Below are positions 1 through 9,726 of a stretch of DNA of 64,000 bases, in pieces. Position numbers and translations under genes: made by a program. Numbering within the stretch: the first letter of the stretch is position 1; every line of letters begins with the position of its first letter. Origin of the DNA: a plasmid; sequence record NZ_CP119397.1; one strand, written 5' to 3'. Below the pieces are notes generated by a model that had not been told where the DNA came from, did no database searches, and saw only the letters and a list, made by a program, of their open reading frames with translations.

Positions 1-77
1 TCTTCGATCATGTCAGTATCTTGCTCTTCCAACCATTCATCAAAGTGTGCTGTGGTATCAACAATCCATCTTCCCAT
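1..77 (-). CDS. partial CDS, N-terminus only (MGRWIVDTTAHFDEWLEEQDTDMIE...), runs off window; unknown function
   Basis: ATG at 77-75 on minus strand with GGAG-like SD upstream; reading frame stays open to window edge; no recognisable family from 25 aa. Confidence 0.3.
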   Translation of the reverse strand, partial: MGRWIVDTTAHFDEWLEEQDTDMIE

Positions 78-417
78 CTTACCCGCCTGCTCCTATAAAC
101 CATAGTTTATATTATATAACCTGTAGTTTATATACCGATGTATGTGACCTCGCCCTGATCAAGGTCAGGTTTTAGGTATAGGGTGTGATCAAAAAGAGGA
201 GGGTTTACAAAAGTGCACTTGTGAAGATAGGCTGGATGTAGCCGCACACAGCGCTTTTTTATTTTTGATTGGCGGAAAAATAAAAACCCCCGCGGCCAAA
301 AGCACACGAGGGTTTTTATTTATGGGCGTATTTCCCACAGCAAAATCTGCGCCCGGATCATTACACCTGAACAGGCTTTGCTGTGGGCCAATAAATAATA
401 ATGGAGAGAATAAAATT

Positions 418-497
418 TGGAACGCCATCGAGGGATCGAACCCCGGACTGCCAACTTCTTGCTGAAATTGCCGCTCTTCCAACTGAGCTAATGACGT
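418..497 (-). tRNA. tRNA-like element / probable pseudo-tRNA: good acceptor stem, D-arm (GCTC-AGTTGGAA-GAGC), T-arm (CGGGG-TTCGATC-CCTCG) and encoded CCA, but anticodon region 4-5 nt too long and without a canonical 5-bp stem/7-nt loop
   Basis: Manual folding of reverse complement of 418-497: ACGTCAT/ATGGCGT acceptor pairing (one G-U), canonical D and T arms, discriminator + CCA; region 27-52 cannot be folded into a standard anticodon arm. Confidence 0.4.
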
Positions 498-623
498 ATT
501 TTCTTTACCCCGGCCGCTGTTAATTAAATAACGGGCCGGGGTCATCAACACCAGGCGGGAAAACGTATCTGCTCCGGGAAACCCATCATCGCTGTTGCAC
601 GTTACCCTGCCCGGTGTTTTAGC

Positions 624-836
624 TTACAGCGCGACGACGTTCGCGGCTGATGGGCCTTTCATCCCTTGTTCGATGCTGAATTCAACCTGCTGGTTTTCTT
701 CCAGGGTTTTGAAATCATTGCTCTGGATGGCAGAGAAGTGCACGAACACGTCTTTGCTGCCGTCAGCCGGAGAAATAAAACCAAAACCTTTACCCGCGTC
801 GAACCATTTTACTGAACCTGTCATTTTAGTAGACAT
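624..836 (-). CDS. cold-shock protein, CspA family (70 aa)
   Basis: Translation [38 protein letters not shown]... carries RNP1/RNP2 motifs (KGFGFI, VFVHF) of CspA/CspE/CspC. Confidence 0.9.
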   Translation of the reverse strand: MSTKMTGSVKWFDAGKGFGFISPADGSKDVFVHFSAIQSNDFKTLEENQQVEFSIEQGMKGPSAANVVAL

Positions 837-1287
837 AGAAATTTCCTTTCTGTTTTTTTAGGCCGCCATAATGGCGAAAGAGGTCTGTTTTTTTAGTGAG
901 AAATTATGGGGCGCTAAAAGAAGAAATTTCGCTGAAGAAGGGGTATCTGAAGATATCGCTAAGACGGAGAATCGCTTGACTCAAATTGCTTTCAAAAATC
1001 TGTACTACAAACCGAGAACGCTATTTACACATAATTAACAGGCATTAGCAAGCGCTATTTATTAAAGACTTTTTATACTGCCTGAAAATAACTGCGCGGC
1101 GCGTTATCCCTGCCCCCGCTTTTGCCCATGGCGGCAAAAGGTGCCATCGCCTTTTTTTCTGCCCGGCAAATTTGTTAAACGCCAGTGTTAAAGGCGGGAT
1201 GCCTGAGGTTAATGTTAAAAGTATGTTGTAACTATGGAGCAACACGTAAACGGGGATATTGCCCCGGCAACACCGGGGCACCGTCCC

Positions 1288-1728
1288 TTACGCCGGGATA
1301 CGCAGTTTCTGGCCTGGATAGATTTTATCGGGGCTGGAAAGCATCGGCTTGTTGGCTTCGAAAATCTTGTTGTACTGGTTGGCATCACCGTACATTTTCT
1401 GCGAAATTTTGCTCAGCGTATCGCCGGACACCACATTATAAAATTGCGACGCCGGTTCAGCCGCGGCGCTGGTCACCTGGTCTTCTACCTCGCTGATGCC
1501 GTGCACGTTACCGGCTGCCACCAGGATCTTCTCTTTCTGCTCCTGGGTCAGGCCGTCGCCGGTCACTACCGCTTTATTGCCGTCCACTTTCACATCTACT
1601 TTGTCACTGCCCGGCAGATTCAGTTCGTTGATGTGTTTTTTCAGGGCATCACTGGCCTGCGATTCGTTGCCTTTTACCGCATCCCACAGTTTTTCACCCG
1701 CATCTTTCACAAAATCAAAAAGTCCCAT
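1288..1728 (-). CDS. kbp: potassium-binding BON/LysM protein Kbp (YgaU)
   Basis: 146 aa; [18 protein letters not shown]... N-terminal BON, C-terminal LysM ([47 protein letters not shown]) nearly collinear with E. coli YgaU. Confidence 0.85.
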   Translation of the reverse strand: MGLFDFVKDAGEKLWDAVKGNESQASDALKKHINELNLPGSDKVDVKVDGNKAVVTGDGLTQEQKEKILVAAGNVHGISEVEDQVTSAAAEPASQFYNVVSGDTLSKISQKMYGDANQYNKIFEANKPMLSSPDKIYPGQKLRIPA

Positions 1729-1843
1729 GCCTTACTCCTGGTTATGACGAAGAGTGTTAAACGTAGCAAAGATTTACCCCTTCAGCCGGTTGGCGCGGCA
1801 AACCCGCGCCGTTTTCCGGAGGAATCTGACCCAGGGCCTGCCC

Positions 1844-3160
1844 TTACCCCGCCTGGTAAAGCGGGAACGCGCCGAACAGCAGGCCACCGGCCATCAGCGC
1901 CAGGCTGACCAGGATCCCCCACTTGATGGCGAACCGCTGGTGGTCACCGATGTCCACTTTCGCCAGCCCCACCAGCAGGTAAACCGACGGCACCAGCGGG
2001 CTGAGCAAGTGGAACGGCTGGCCGATAATCGAGGCGCGGGCGATCTGTTCCGGGGTAATGCCGTAGCTGGCGGCCGTCTGCGCGATCACCGGCAGGATGC
2101 CGAAATAGAAGGCGTCATTCGACATAAAGAAAGTGAACGGCAGGCTGACCAGCGCGGTAAACACCGCCAGATAGGGGCCGAAACTGTGGGGGATGATCGC
2201 CAGCAGGCTTTTGGCCATCGCGTCCACCATGCCGGTGCCGGAGAGGATACCGGTAAACACCCCGGCGGCGAAAATCAGTGAGGTGACGGCCAGCACATTC
2301 CCGGCATGGGCACTGATCCGCGCTTTTTGCTGCGCCAGGGAGGGGTAGTTCAGCATCACCGCAATCGCGAACGCCAGCATAAACAGGATCTGGATCGGCA
2401 GCAGCCCGACCACCAGCAGCACCAGCAGCACCGTGGTCAGGACGAAGTTCGGCCAGAACATCCGCGGGCGGCGGTTGGCCTCGTTCTCTTCGGCATCGCC
2501 AAAGCCCAGATCGATGTTTTCCAAATGCTGGCTGTCGAGGCGCATCACCCCCAGCCGTTTGCGCTCACTTACGCCGAACAGCATCGCCAGCCCCACCAGC
2601 GTGACGCAGCCCAGGAGGATCGCCGGCAGCATCGGGATGAAAATATCCAGCGCGTCAATGTTCAGCGCTGCCGCCGCGCGGGCCGTCGGCCCGCCCCACG
2701 GCGAGAGGTTCATGATGCCGCTGGCCAGGTTAATCAAACAGGTCATCGCCAGCACATTCATGCCGAGTTTGCGGTAAAGCGGTAAAAACGCCGCCACGGC
2801 GATCATATAGGTGGTGGAGCTGTCGCCGTCGAGGGAGACCAGCAGGGTTAAAATGGCGGTGCCCATCAGCACTTTCAGCGGGTCACCGCGCACTACCCGC
2901 AAAATGGCACGTACCAGCGGGTCAAATAACCCGGCATCAATCATCAAACCAAAATAGAGAATGGAGAACGTCAGCATCACGCCGGTCGGTGCCAGCGCCT
3001 TGACGCCGTTCAGCATCATCTCGCCCAGCCCGCTATAGAACCCACCCGCCAGTGCAAACAGGGTCGGCACAATAATCAGCGCAATCAGCGCTGACATCCG
3101 TTTTGTCATGATGAGATACATAAAGCAGGTCACCATCGAAAAACCAAGTATCGTCAGCAA
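1844..3160 (-). CDS. CitMHS-family (citrate/Mg2+-citrate:H+ symporter-like) transporter
   Basis: 438 aa polytopic membrane protein, N-term MLTILGFSMV... typical of CitMHS family; ~12 hydrophobic segments. Confidence 0.7.
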   Translation of the reverse strand: MLTILGFSMVTCFMYLIMTKRMSALIALIIVPTLFALAGGFYSGLGEMMLNGVKALAPTGVMLTFSILYFGLMIDAGLFDPLVRAILRVVRGDPLKVLMGTAILTLLVSLDGDSSTTYMIAVAAFLPLYRKLGMNVLAMTCLINLASGIMNLSPWGGPTARAAAALNIDALDIFIPMLPAILLGCVTLVGLAMLFGVSERKRLGVMRLDSQHLENIDLGFGDAEENEANRRPRMFWPNFVLTTVLLVLLVVGLLPIQILFMLAFAIAVMLNYPSLAQQKARISAHAGNVLAVTSLIFAAGVFTGILSGTGMVDAMAKSLLAIIPHSFGPYLAVFTALVSLPFTFFMSNDAFYFGILPVIAQTAASYGITPEQIARASIIGQPFHLLSPLVPSVYLLVGLAKVDIGDHQRFAIKWGILVSLALMAGGLLFGAFPLYQAG

Positions 3161-3407
3161 AATCAGTTCCTCTTATCAGTGGCGAAATGGGCAACGAAAC
3201 GGGGCGCGGCCGCGATGTTATGAAAATGTTTGTAAATAACCTTGTGATCGGTCATTTTATCGGCATTGGTTTACGGTTAACCCCTTGTTTATATTGAGTT
3301 AACCTCTTTGCAGCGTAGCAATGTTTTTTCGTGCAAACTTTTTTTAACAAAAAAAGGTGACAGCGATCATGCAGGAGAAAAGAATGAGGAAGGGAGTGTG
3401 ACAGGGA

Positions 3408-3455
3408 TCACGCATAAAAACGGCTAACGTCAGGCCTGCAGGGTGCCGGCCTGAC
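3408..3455 (-). terminator. rho-independent terminator after SDR gene
   Basis: GTCAGGCC-N11-GGCCTGAC hairpin followed by T-run on minus strand. Confidence 0.6.
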
Positions 3456-3480
3456 AGCAGGTTGGAAACATCAAAAAGCC

Positions 3481-4233
3481 TTAAATCTGTACCAGGCCGC
3501 CATCCACAAACAGTTCAGCCCCGTTAATGTAGCTGGCGTCATCAGAGGCCAAAAACAGTACCGCGTTGGCGATCTCAGCCGGCTGGCCGACGCGCCCGGC
3601 CGGGATCGCCTCAACCATCTGCGCTTTGATCTCTGCGGCCTCCCCACCGCTGCCGAACAAGGTGTCCAGCCCGCTGGTGTCCGTCACGCCGGGGCTTATC
3701 ACGTTGACCCGGATGCGGCGTGCCTTGAGGTCGAGGATCCAGCTGCGGGCAAAGTTGCGCACTGCCGCCTTGGTGGCCGAGTAGACGCTGAAGGCCGGGG
3801 TGCCGGCGATGCTGGTGGTTGACGAGGTCAGCACCACTGCCCCGCCGTCACGCAGCAGCGGCAGCGCCTTTTGCACCGTAAACAGCACCCCTTTCACATT
3901 GGTATCGAATGTCTGCTGATAGTGCGCTTCGGTAATCGCCCCCAGCGGCGCAAATTCCCCGCCCCCGGCGTTCGCCACCAGCACATCAATATGGTGATGT
4001 TTCTGCTGCACCGCGTCATATAACCGGTCAAGGTCGGCGAGCTGGCTGACATCCCCTTGCACCCCGGTCACATTACCGCCGATGGTTTTCACCGCGGCGG
4101 CCAGTGTTTCCTCACGGCGGCCGGTGATAAACACCGCTGCGCCCTGGTCAGCAAAGGCTTTCGCGGTGGCCAGGCCGATACCGCTGGTGGCACCGGTCAC
4201 CACGACCACTTTTTGAGCAAATGTCGTTTTCAT
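3481..4233 (-). CDS. SDR-family short-chain dehydrogenase/reductase
   Basis: 250 aa; TGATSGIG Rossmann motif, NAG, Y-x3-K catalytic region (YSATKAAV). Confidence 0.85.
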   Translation of the reverse strand: MKTTFAQKVVVVTGATSGIGLATAKAFADQGAAVFITGRREETLAAAVKTIGGNVTGVQGDVSQLADLDRLYDAVQQKHHHIDVLVANAGGGEFAPLGAITEAHYQQTFDTNVKGVLFTVQKALPLLRDGGAVVLTSSTTSIAGTPAFSVYSATKAAVRNFARSWILDLKARRIRVNVISPGVTDTSGLDTLFGSGGEAAEIKAQMVEAIPAGRVGQPAEIANAVLFLASDDASYINGAELFVDGGLVQI

Positions 4234-4349
4234 CGTATTTCTCCGCTATCCGTTGGGTTGTTGAAAATGAGACTATCACCGCCACGACTGGGCAAAAAGC
4301 CAGCAAAAATGGGTTGTATCGTTCTGTTTATGGAACACTGGGAGGGTGG

Positions 4350-5261
4350 GTGCGCAATGATCTGAATGACTACCGCTACTTTGCGGAGGTGGTGGCGCAC
4401 GGCGGGTTCGCCGCCGCCGGGCGGGCATTGCAGGAGCCGAAATCCAAACTCAGCCGCCGCATCGCCAACCTGGAGACGCGCCTCGGAATACGGCTGATTG
4501 AACGTACCAGCCGCCGTTTCCGGGTCACCGAGGTGGGGCAGGCGTTTTACCTGCGCTGCCGGGCGATGTTGCTGGAGGCGGAACAGGCCGACGCGGTGAT
4601 TGCCGAAACCCAGGCTGAGCCGCACGGCGTGGTGCGGTTCAGTTGCCCGACCGGCATGGTGGAGGTGGTGTCACCGCTTATCACGGCCTTTCTGCACCGT
4701 TACCCCAAAGTCAGGCTGCAACTGCTCGCGCTGGATCGTGCCGTGGATTTGATTGAGGAGCGGGTGGATGTGGCGCTGCGCATCCGCATCGCGCTGACCA
4801 GCGATGCCGAGCTGATCATGCGGTCGCTCGGGGAATCACGCCGTATTCTGGTGGCCGGTCGACAGTGGGCGAACCACGCCGGCAAGCCGATCAGCGCCCT
4901 CGCCGGCCTGCCGACCCTCGCCACCCAGGATGAGCCGGGCGAGGTGGTGTGGGAACTGGAATCCACGGCAGGCGATACGCACACCCTGCGCCATGCCCCG
5001 CGCATGACCTGCAGTGATTTCGCGGCAGTGCGTGCGGCGGCCATTCAGGGGCTGGGCGTGGCGTTTCTGCCGGATCACAGCTGCCGTGAGGCACTGGCGC
5101 AGGGCGGGCTGATCCGCCTCTGGCCCGACTGGCACAGCCAGGCCGGGCGGGTGCACCTGGTGTTTACCACCCGCCGCGGGCTGCCCCCGGCAGTGCGGGC
5201 GTTTATCGACTGCCTCGCCGGGGGGTTCCCGGCCGGGGCGCTGAGTGACAAAGCGGGCTGA
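4350..5261 (+). CDS. LysR-family transcriptional regulator (GTG start, divergent from SDR gene)
   Basis: HTH N-terminus (V/M)RNDLNDYRYFAEVVAHGGFAAAGRAL...; GGAGGG SD 6 bp upstream of GTG 4350; classic divergent LysR/target arrangement. Confidence 0.75.
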   Translation: MRNDLNDYRYFAEVVAHGGFAAAGRALQEPKSKLSRRIANLETRLGIRLIERTSRRFRVTEVGQAFYLRCRAMLLEAEQADAVIAETQAEPHGVVRFSCPTGMVEVVSPLITAFLHRYPKVRLQLLALDRAVDLIEERVDVALRIRIALTSDAELIMRSLGESRRILVAGRQWANHAGKPISALAGLPTLATQDEPGEVVWELESTAGDTHTLRHAPRMTCSDFAAVRAAAIQGLGVAFLPDHSCREALAQGGLIRLWPDWHSQAGRVHLVFTTRRGLPPAVRAFIDCLAGGFPAGALSDKAG

Positions 5262-5353
5262 GTCTGAAAAGGCCTGCTTATGCGCCAACCAGCTTGCATC
5301 CCGCCTAAAAACCAGCGAAAGATAAAGCCCCCCGTTTTTGCAAGGAGACGCCC

Positions 5354-6058
5354 ATGTCTGCCCCGCTTTCGATTGGCTTTTTGCTGTTCCCCCACCTTAC
5401 CCAGCTTGACCTGACCGGGCCGTATGAGGTGTTTGTGCGTGCGCCGCATACCCGCGTGCACCTGATCTGGAAAACCCGTGACCGGGTCACGGCAGACCGC
5501 GGCCTGGGCCTGCTGCCGACCACCACCTTTGCGGACTGCCCGGATCTGGATGTGCTCTGCGTGCCCGGCGGGCCGGGGCAGATTGACCTGATGGAGGATG
5601 AGGAGACGCTCGCTTTCCTGCGCCGGAAAGCGCAACAGGTGCGGCTGATTACCTCGGTCTGTACCGGCTCGCTGGTGCTGGGCGCGGCCGGGCTGTTGCA
5701 GGGCTACCGCGCTACCAGCCACTGGGCGTCGCTGGACCAGCTCGCGCTGCTGGGGGCCGAGCCGGTGGCGGAACGCGTGGTGCATGACCGCAACCGCATC
5801 ACCGGCGCAGGCGTGACTTCCGGCATCGATTTTGCGCTGCATGTGGTGGCGGAAATCTATGGCGCGGAAGCGGCCCAGCTGATCCAGCTGCATATGGAGT
5901 ATGACCCGGCCCCGCCCTTCTCCGCCGGTTCTCCGCGCAGCGCCTCCCCGGCCCTGCTGGACGCCGCCCGTGCACAGAGCGCGGCCTTTGTGGCAAAACG
6001 CCGCGCCGTCACGGAACGCGCCGCGGCCGCCCTGCACCGTTCAGACAAGGAGCCGTAA
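5354..6058 (+). CDS. DJ-1/PfpI-family protein (ThiJ/isonitrile hydratase-like)
   Basis: 234 aa; conserved nucleophile elbow ...ITSVCTGSLVLGAAGLL... typical of DJ-1/PfpI. Confidence 0.8.
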   Translation: MSAPLSIGFLLFPHLTQLDLTGPYEVFVRAPHTRVHLIWKTRDRVTADRGLGLLPTTTFADCPDLDVLCVPGGPGQIDLMEDEETLAFLRRKAQQVRLITSVCTGSLVLGAAGLLQGYRATSHWASLDQLALLGAEPVAERVVHDRNRITGAGVTSGIDFALHVVAEIYGAEAAQLIQLHMEYDPAPPFSAGSPRSASPALLDAARAQSAAFVAKRRAVTERAAAALHRSDKEP

Positions 6059-6074
6059 GGCCCGGCGTGACGGT

Positions 6075-6369
6075 TTAGAGCAGGTGGCGCAGCAGCCCGG
6101 TGGCCACCACGCTGATGACCACCACCGGCAGCAGCGAAAAGCGCATTGCGGCCAGCAGGGTGATCGCCAGCGCCAGGATCTCAGCAGGCTCGCGGGTGAC
6201 GAAATGCGGGGCGATCACCGTGATCAGCACGCAGCCCGGCGCGGCTTCCATCACGGCGCGGGTGCGCGGGCCAAGCGTACGGTCACGCAGCAGCAGGTAG
6301 CCGCCAATCCGCGTCAGGTAGGTGCTGACAGCCATCAGCAGGATGGTCAGAATCGTCGTGGCGCTCATG
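6075..6369 (-). CDS. azlD: AzlD branched-chain amino acid exporter small subunit
   Basis: 98 aa hydrophobic protein MSATTILTILLMAVSTYLTRIGGYLL...; ATGA start/stop overlap with upstream azlC. Confidence 0.75.
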
Positions 6370-7096
6370 CTTTTTTCCCCACCAGCAGAATGGCGGCGAT
6401 GCCGCTGAGCGCCCCGGCCGGCACATAGTAGGCCGTACCGGGAAAGAGGTGCCAGGTGATCCCGGCGCTCACCAGGCTGACCAGCCACGGCAGCGCCGCA
6501 CGGGTGCCGCGCCACATGCCTTTGAGCAGCACCAGAAACACCGCCGGGAACGCCATATCAAACCCAAAGCGGGTGATGTCCCCCAGCAGCGGGCCGACCA
6601 GCACGCCGCACCCGGTGGAAAAGACCCAGAGCAGCCAGAGCGCACCCGCCACCCCGGCATAAAAGCCCATGCTCAGCGCCGGGGCCAGCCCGCGGGCGCG
6701 GCGATCCAGGGCGTCCGCCATACCCATCGCCCAGCACTCATCACACATGAAAAACAGCGCCGGTAACGCCTTCCGGGCGGGAAGATGGTGCAGGTAGGGC
6801 GCGAGCGACGCCCCCATCAGCAAGTGGCGGCTGTTCACCAACAGGCTCACCAGCACAATGGTCAACAGCGGCGGCGGTGACGCCCAGAGCGCAATGGCGG
6901 CAAACTCCGAGCCACCGGCGAAGTTCAGCCCGGTCAACAGCGACAGCCCGGCCGCCGTGAACCCTTTTTGCGCGGCCTGCGCGCCGAGCAGCAGCCCGAA
7001 CGGCAAGATGCCGATCATCACCGGCAGCGCGGCCACCACGCCCCGGAAGACCTCATCGGAAACGCGGGTCGCGGGTGATACCCTGATGCCTGACAT
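6365..7096 (-). CDS. azlC: AzlC-family branched-chain amino acid transport protein
   Basis: 243 aa membrane protein with AzlC-family signature; translationally coupled to azlD. Confidence 0.8.
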   Translation of the reverse strand: MSGIRVSPATRVSDEVFRGVVAALPVMIGILPFGLLLGAQAAQKGFTAAGLSLLTGLNFAGGSEFAAIALWASPPPLLTIVLVSLLVNSRHLLMGASLAPYLHHLPARKALPALFFMCDECWAMGMADALDRRARGLAPALSMGFYAGVAGALWLLWVFSTGCGVLVGPLLGDITRFGFDMAFPAVFLVLLKGMWRGTRAALPWLVSLVSAGITWHLFPGTAYYVPAGALSGIAAILLVGKKA

Positions 7097-7295
7097 GGCT
7101 CCCTCCTGTTAATAATCCCGTGTGAACCCCGTGCGGGCGGATGCCCTGACGGCGACGCAGTATAGCGCAGGCGCAACATTTTTTTAACACTCAAGAGGGG
7201 GTAGACGCGGGGGGAAGCACCGCAGGGAAAGGTGAAGGGGGAAGGTAAAGGGGAAAGAAATCGCGGCAAAAGGTTGCCCTTCTGCCGCGCTACGC

Positions 7296-8048
7296 TTATT
7301 TCTCGGTGCCGAAGCCCTGTTTGATCACAGCCGGCAGCACGTTCGGGAAATAGATATGTTTATAATACCCACCCACGCTCTCACTCCAGCTGTCGCCGTC
7401 TGTGCGGCCAATGGTTGCCCAATGCTGCTGGATTTCCTGGTTATAACGGGCGATCAGTGCCGGCATACCCTCTTTCTGATAGGTCTCTTCATGGCGGAAG
7501 GTTTCCATCGGCAGGCGCGGCTTCTGGTGCGCCGGTTCATCGACGTAGCCCAGCGCCAGGCCGACCACCGGGAAGGTCAGGGACGGCAGCGCCAGCAGGT
7601 CAATCATCTCGTCCGGGCTGCGGCGGATACCGCCAATCGGCACCACGCCCAGCCCCGCGGAGCGGGCGGCCGTCATCGCGGAGGCCAGCGCAATACCGAT
7701 GTCAGTGCAGCCGGAGACCAGGCTCTCGATGCTCTGGTGGGCGATCTGCGTCTCGCCGTTCATGGCAATCGCCTGTTCACTTTTATGCATATCCAGCACA
7801 AAGGTGAGAAACACCGGCGCCTGGGCAATCCACGGCTGGCCACCGGCGATCCCGGCAATCTGGCGGCGGCGGGCGCTGTCACGCGTCACAATCACCGACA
7901 CCTGCTGGGAGTTCACCGAGGTCGGTGCACGGTATGCGGACGCAATAATCGCATCCAGGATCTCGTCAGAAATGGCAGTGTCGAGGAAACTTCTTTCACT
8001 GCGATGGCGGGTCAGGGTGTCAATAACGGAATTCATAGTACTCTCCAC
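7296..8048 (-). CDS. oxygen-insensitive NADPH nitroreductase, NfsA-like
   Basis: 250 aa; collinear with E. coli NfsA (TxxHRSxRxF N-term, GLGxVxIGGIR, KPRLP motifs). Confidence 0.8.
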   Translation of the reverse strand: MESTMNSVIDTLTRHRSERSFLDTAISDEILDAIIASAYRAPTSVNSQQVSVIVTRDSARRRQIAGIAGGQPWIAQAPVFLTFVLDMHKSEQAIAMNGETQIAHQSIESLVSGCTDIGIALASAMTAARSAGLGVVPIGGIRRSPDEMIDLLALPSLTFPVVGLALGYVDEPAHQKPRLPMETFRHEETYQKEGMPALIARYNQEIQQHWATIGRTDGDSWSESVGGYYKHIYFPNVLPAVIKQGFGTEK

Positions 8049-8241
8049 GGTGTCTTGCCCGTCACCCTACTATTATTCCTAGCCTGATAATTGTTTCGTT
8101 GTGCGATGGAAAACCAGATGGAAAAGCCACATCACCGCCCGGCGGTTTCGCCCAATAAGCAGGTTATCAGCAGGTTAACTCTCGGTAACAGCCGCCGGAT
8201 CGGCTACGATACCTGACCAGATCACGGAGGGAGCACGGCGG

Positions 8242-9726
8242 GTGACCAGAAAAGCAACACGGAGCGAGGTGCCGGCGCTGGGCGCGCTGGATCGGCAGGC
8301 CGGGCAACTCAGCCGCCAGTTAACGCAGGCCCTGCGGCAGGCCATCCACAACGGCAGCCTGCAACCCGGCGAGATGCTGCCCTCCACACGCAGGCTGGCG
8401 CAGGCGCTGCAACTGGCGCGCGGCACCGTCACCGAGGCGTATGAGCAACTGGTGGCGGAGGGGTTTCTGGTGTCGCGCCGTGGCTCAGGCACCTGCGTCA
8501 CCCCGCTTCAGCAGGCCGCGCCGCCGCCCGCCTGTGTTCCGCCTTGCGCCGCCCCGCCCCTGTCTGCCCAGGCGCACGCCTTTGCCCAGGCCGCCGGACG
8601 CATCGTCACCCTGCCCGCTGCGCCGTTTGCCGTCTCTGAGCCGGTCGGGGCCGCCGCGCCGGATGAGGTCTGGCGCACACTGGGCAACCGCCTGCGCAGC
8701 CGGGGCGCGGGCGCGCCCGCCGGTTACGCTGCCCCACATGGCGCGTGGCCGTTGCGTCAGGCGGTGGCGGAGTACGTGCGCACCTCCCGGTCGGTTCAGT
8801 GCTCGCCGGAACAGGTGATCATCACCGCCGGGATCCAGCAAGGGCTGGCGCTGTCTGCCCAGATCCTGCTGGACGCCGGTGACGCGGCCTGGGTGGAGGA
8901 TCCGGGCTACCCCGGCATCACCGCCCTGTTTGAGAGCGCCTGCCATGACCGCCGGATGGTCCGCGTGCCGGTGGATGCCGAAGGGCTGGATGTGCAGGCC
9001 GGTCAGGCGCTCGCCCCACATGCACGGGCAGCCTTCGTGACACCGTCACACCAGTACCCGCTGGGTATGCCGATGAGCATGTCGCGCCGCAACGCCCTGA
9101 TTAGCTGGGCCAGGGCGCAACAGGCGTGGATTGTGGAAGATGATTACGACAGCGAATTCCGCTACACCGGCCACCCGTTCCCCGCGTTGCAGGGGCTTGC
9201 GCCGTCACAGGTGATTTACCTCGGCACCTTCAGCAAAATCCTGTTCCCCTCGCTGCGCCTTGGGTATGCCGTGGTGCCGGATGCGCTGATTGATGCCTTT
9301 TGCGGCGCACGGCTGCTGATGGACCGGCACCCGCCGGGGGCGGACCAGACGCTGCTGGCGGCGTTTATGGCAGAGGGGCATCTGGCGCGCCATATCCGCC
9401 GTTTACGCACGCTGTATGCGGAGAAGCATCATGACCTGAACCGCGCGGTGGCGGAACAGATTGACCCGGCGCTGGCCTGGCTCCAGCCCTGCGATCAGGG
9501 TATGCACCGGGTGCTGTGGCTGCGGGAAAGCGATGACCGCGAGGTGCTGCCGCGGGCGCTGGCGGCCGGGGTGGCGGTGCGCGCCATCTCGCCGATGTAC
9601 GCTGACGGCCGCGGCCGCAGTGGGCTGCTGCTCGGGCTGGGCGGGTATTCGCGTGAGCAGGTGGACGCCGCCGCCCGCACGCTGAACCGCATATTGCTAG
9701 CGACGCGGAACAAACCGTCAGCCTGA
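8242..9726 (+). CDS. MocR/PdxR-type GntR-family regulator with PLP aminotransferase-like domain
   Basis: 494 aa; N-terminal GntR wHTH (LPSTRRLAQALQLARGTVTEAYEQLVAEGFLVSRRGSGTCV) plus ~350-aa fold-type-I aminotransferase domain. Confidence 0.8.
   Translation: MTRKATRSEVPALGALDRQAGQLSRQLTQALRQAIHNGSLQPGEMLPSTRRLAQALQLARGTVTEAYEQLVAEGFLVSRRGSGTCVTPLQQAAPPPACVPPCAAPPLSAQAHAFAQAAGRIVTLPAAPFAVSEPVGAAAPDEVWRTLGNRLRSRGAGAPAGYAAPHGAWPLRQAVAEYVRTSRSVQCSPEQVIITAGIQQGLALSAQILLDAGDAAWVEDPGYPGITALFESACHDRRMVRVPVDAEGLDVQAGQALAPHARAAFVTPSHQYPLGMPMSMSRRNALISWARAQQAWIVEDDYDSEFRYTGHPFPALQGLAPSQVIYLGTFSKILFPSLRLGYAVVPDALIDAFCGARLLMDRHPPGADQTLLAAFMAEGHLARHIRRLRTLYAEKHHDLNRAVAEQIDPALAWLQPCDQGMHRVLWLRESDDREVLPRALAAGVAVRAISPMYADGRGRSGLLLGLGGYSREQVDAAARTLNRILLATRNKPSA

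Noticed and set aside
189-551. 120-aa and 66-aa ORFs spanning the tRNA-like element
   Set aside because: They overlap the tRNA-like structure and an AT-rich hairpin region, with no RBS and no family resemblance.
3369-3401. 10-codon ORF MQEKRMRKGV upstream of CitMHS transporter as a leader peptide
   Set aside because: It is oriented away from the transporter gene (opposite strand), so it cannot be its attenuation leader. Probably chance.
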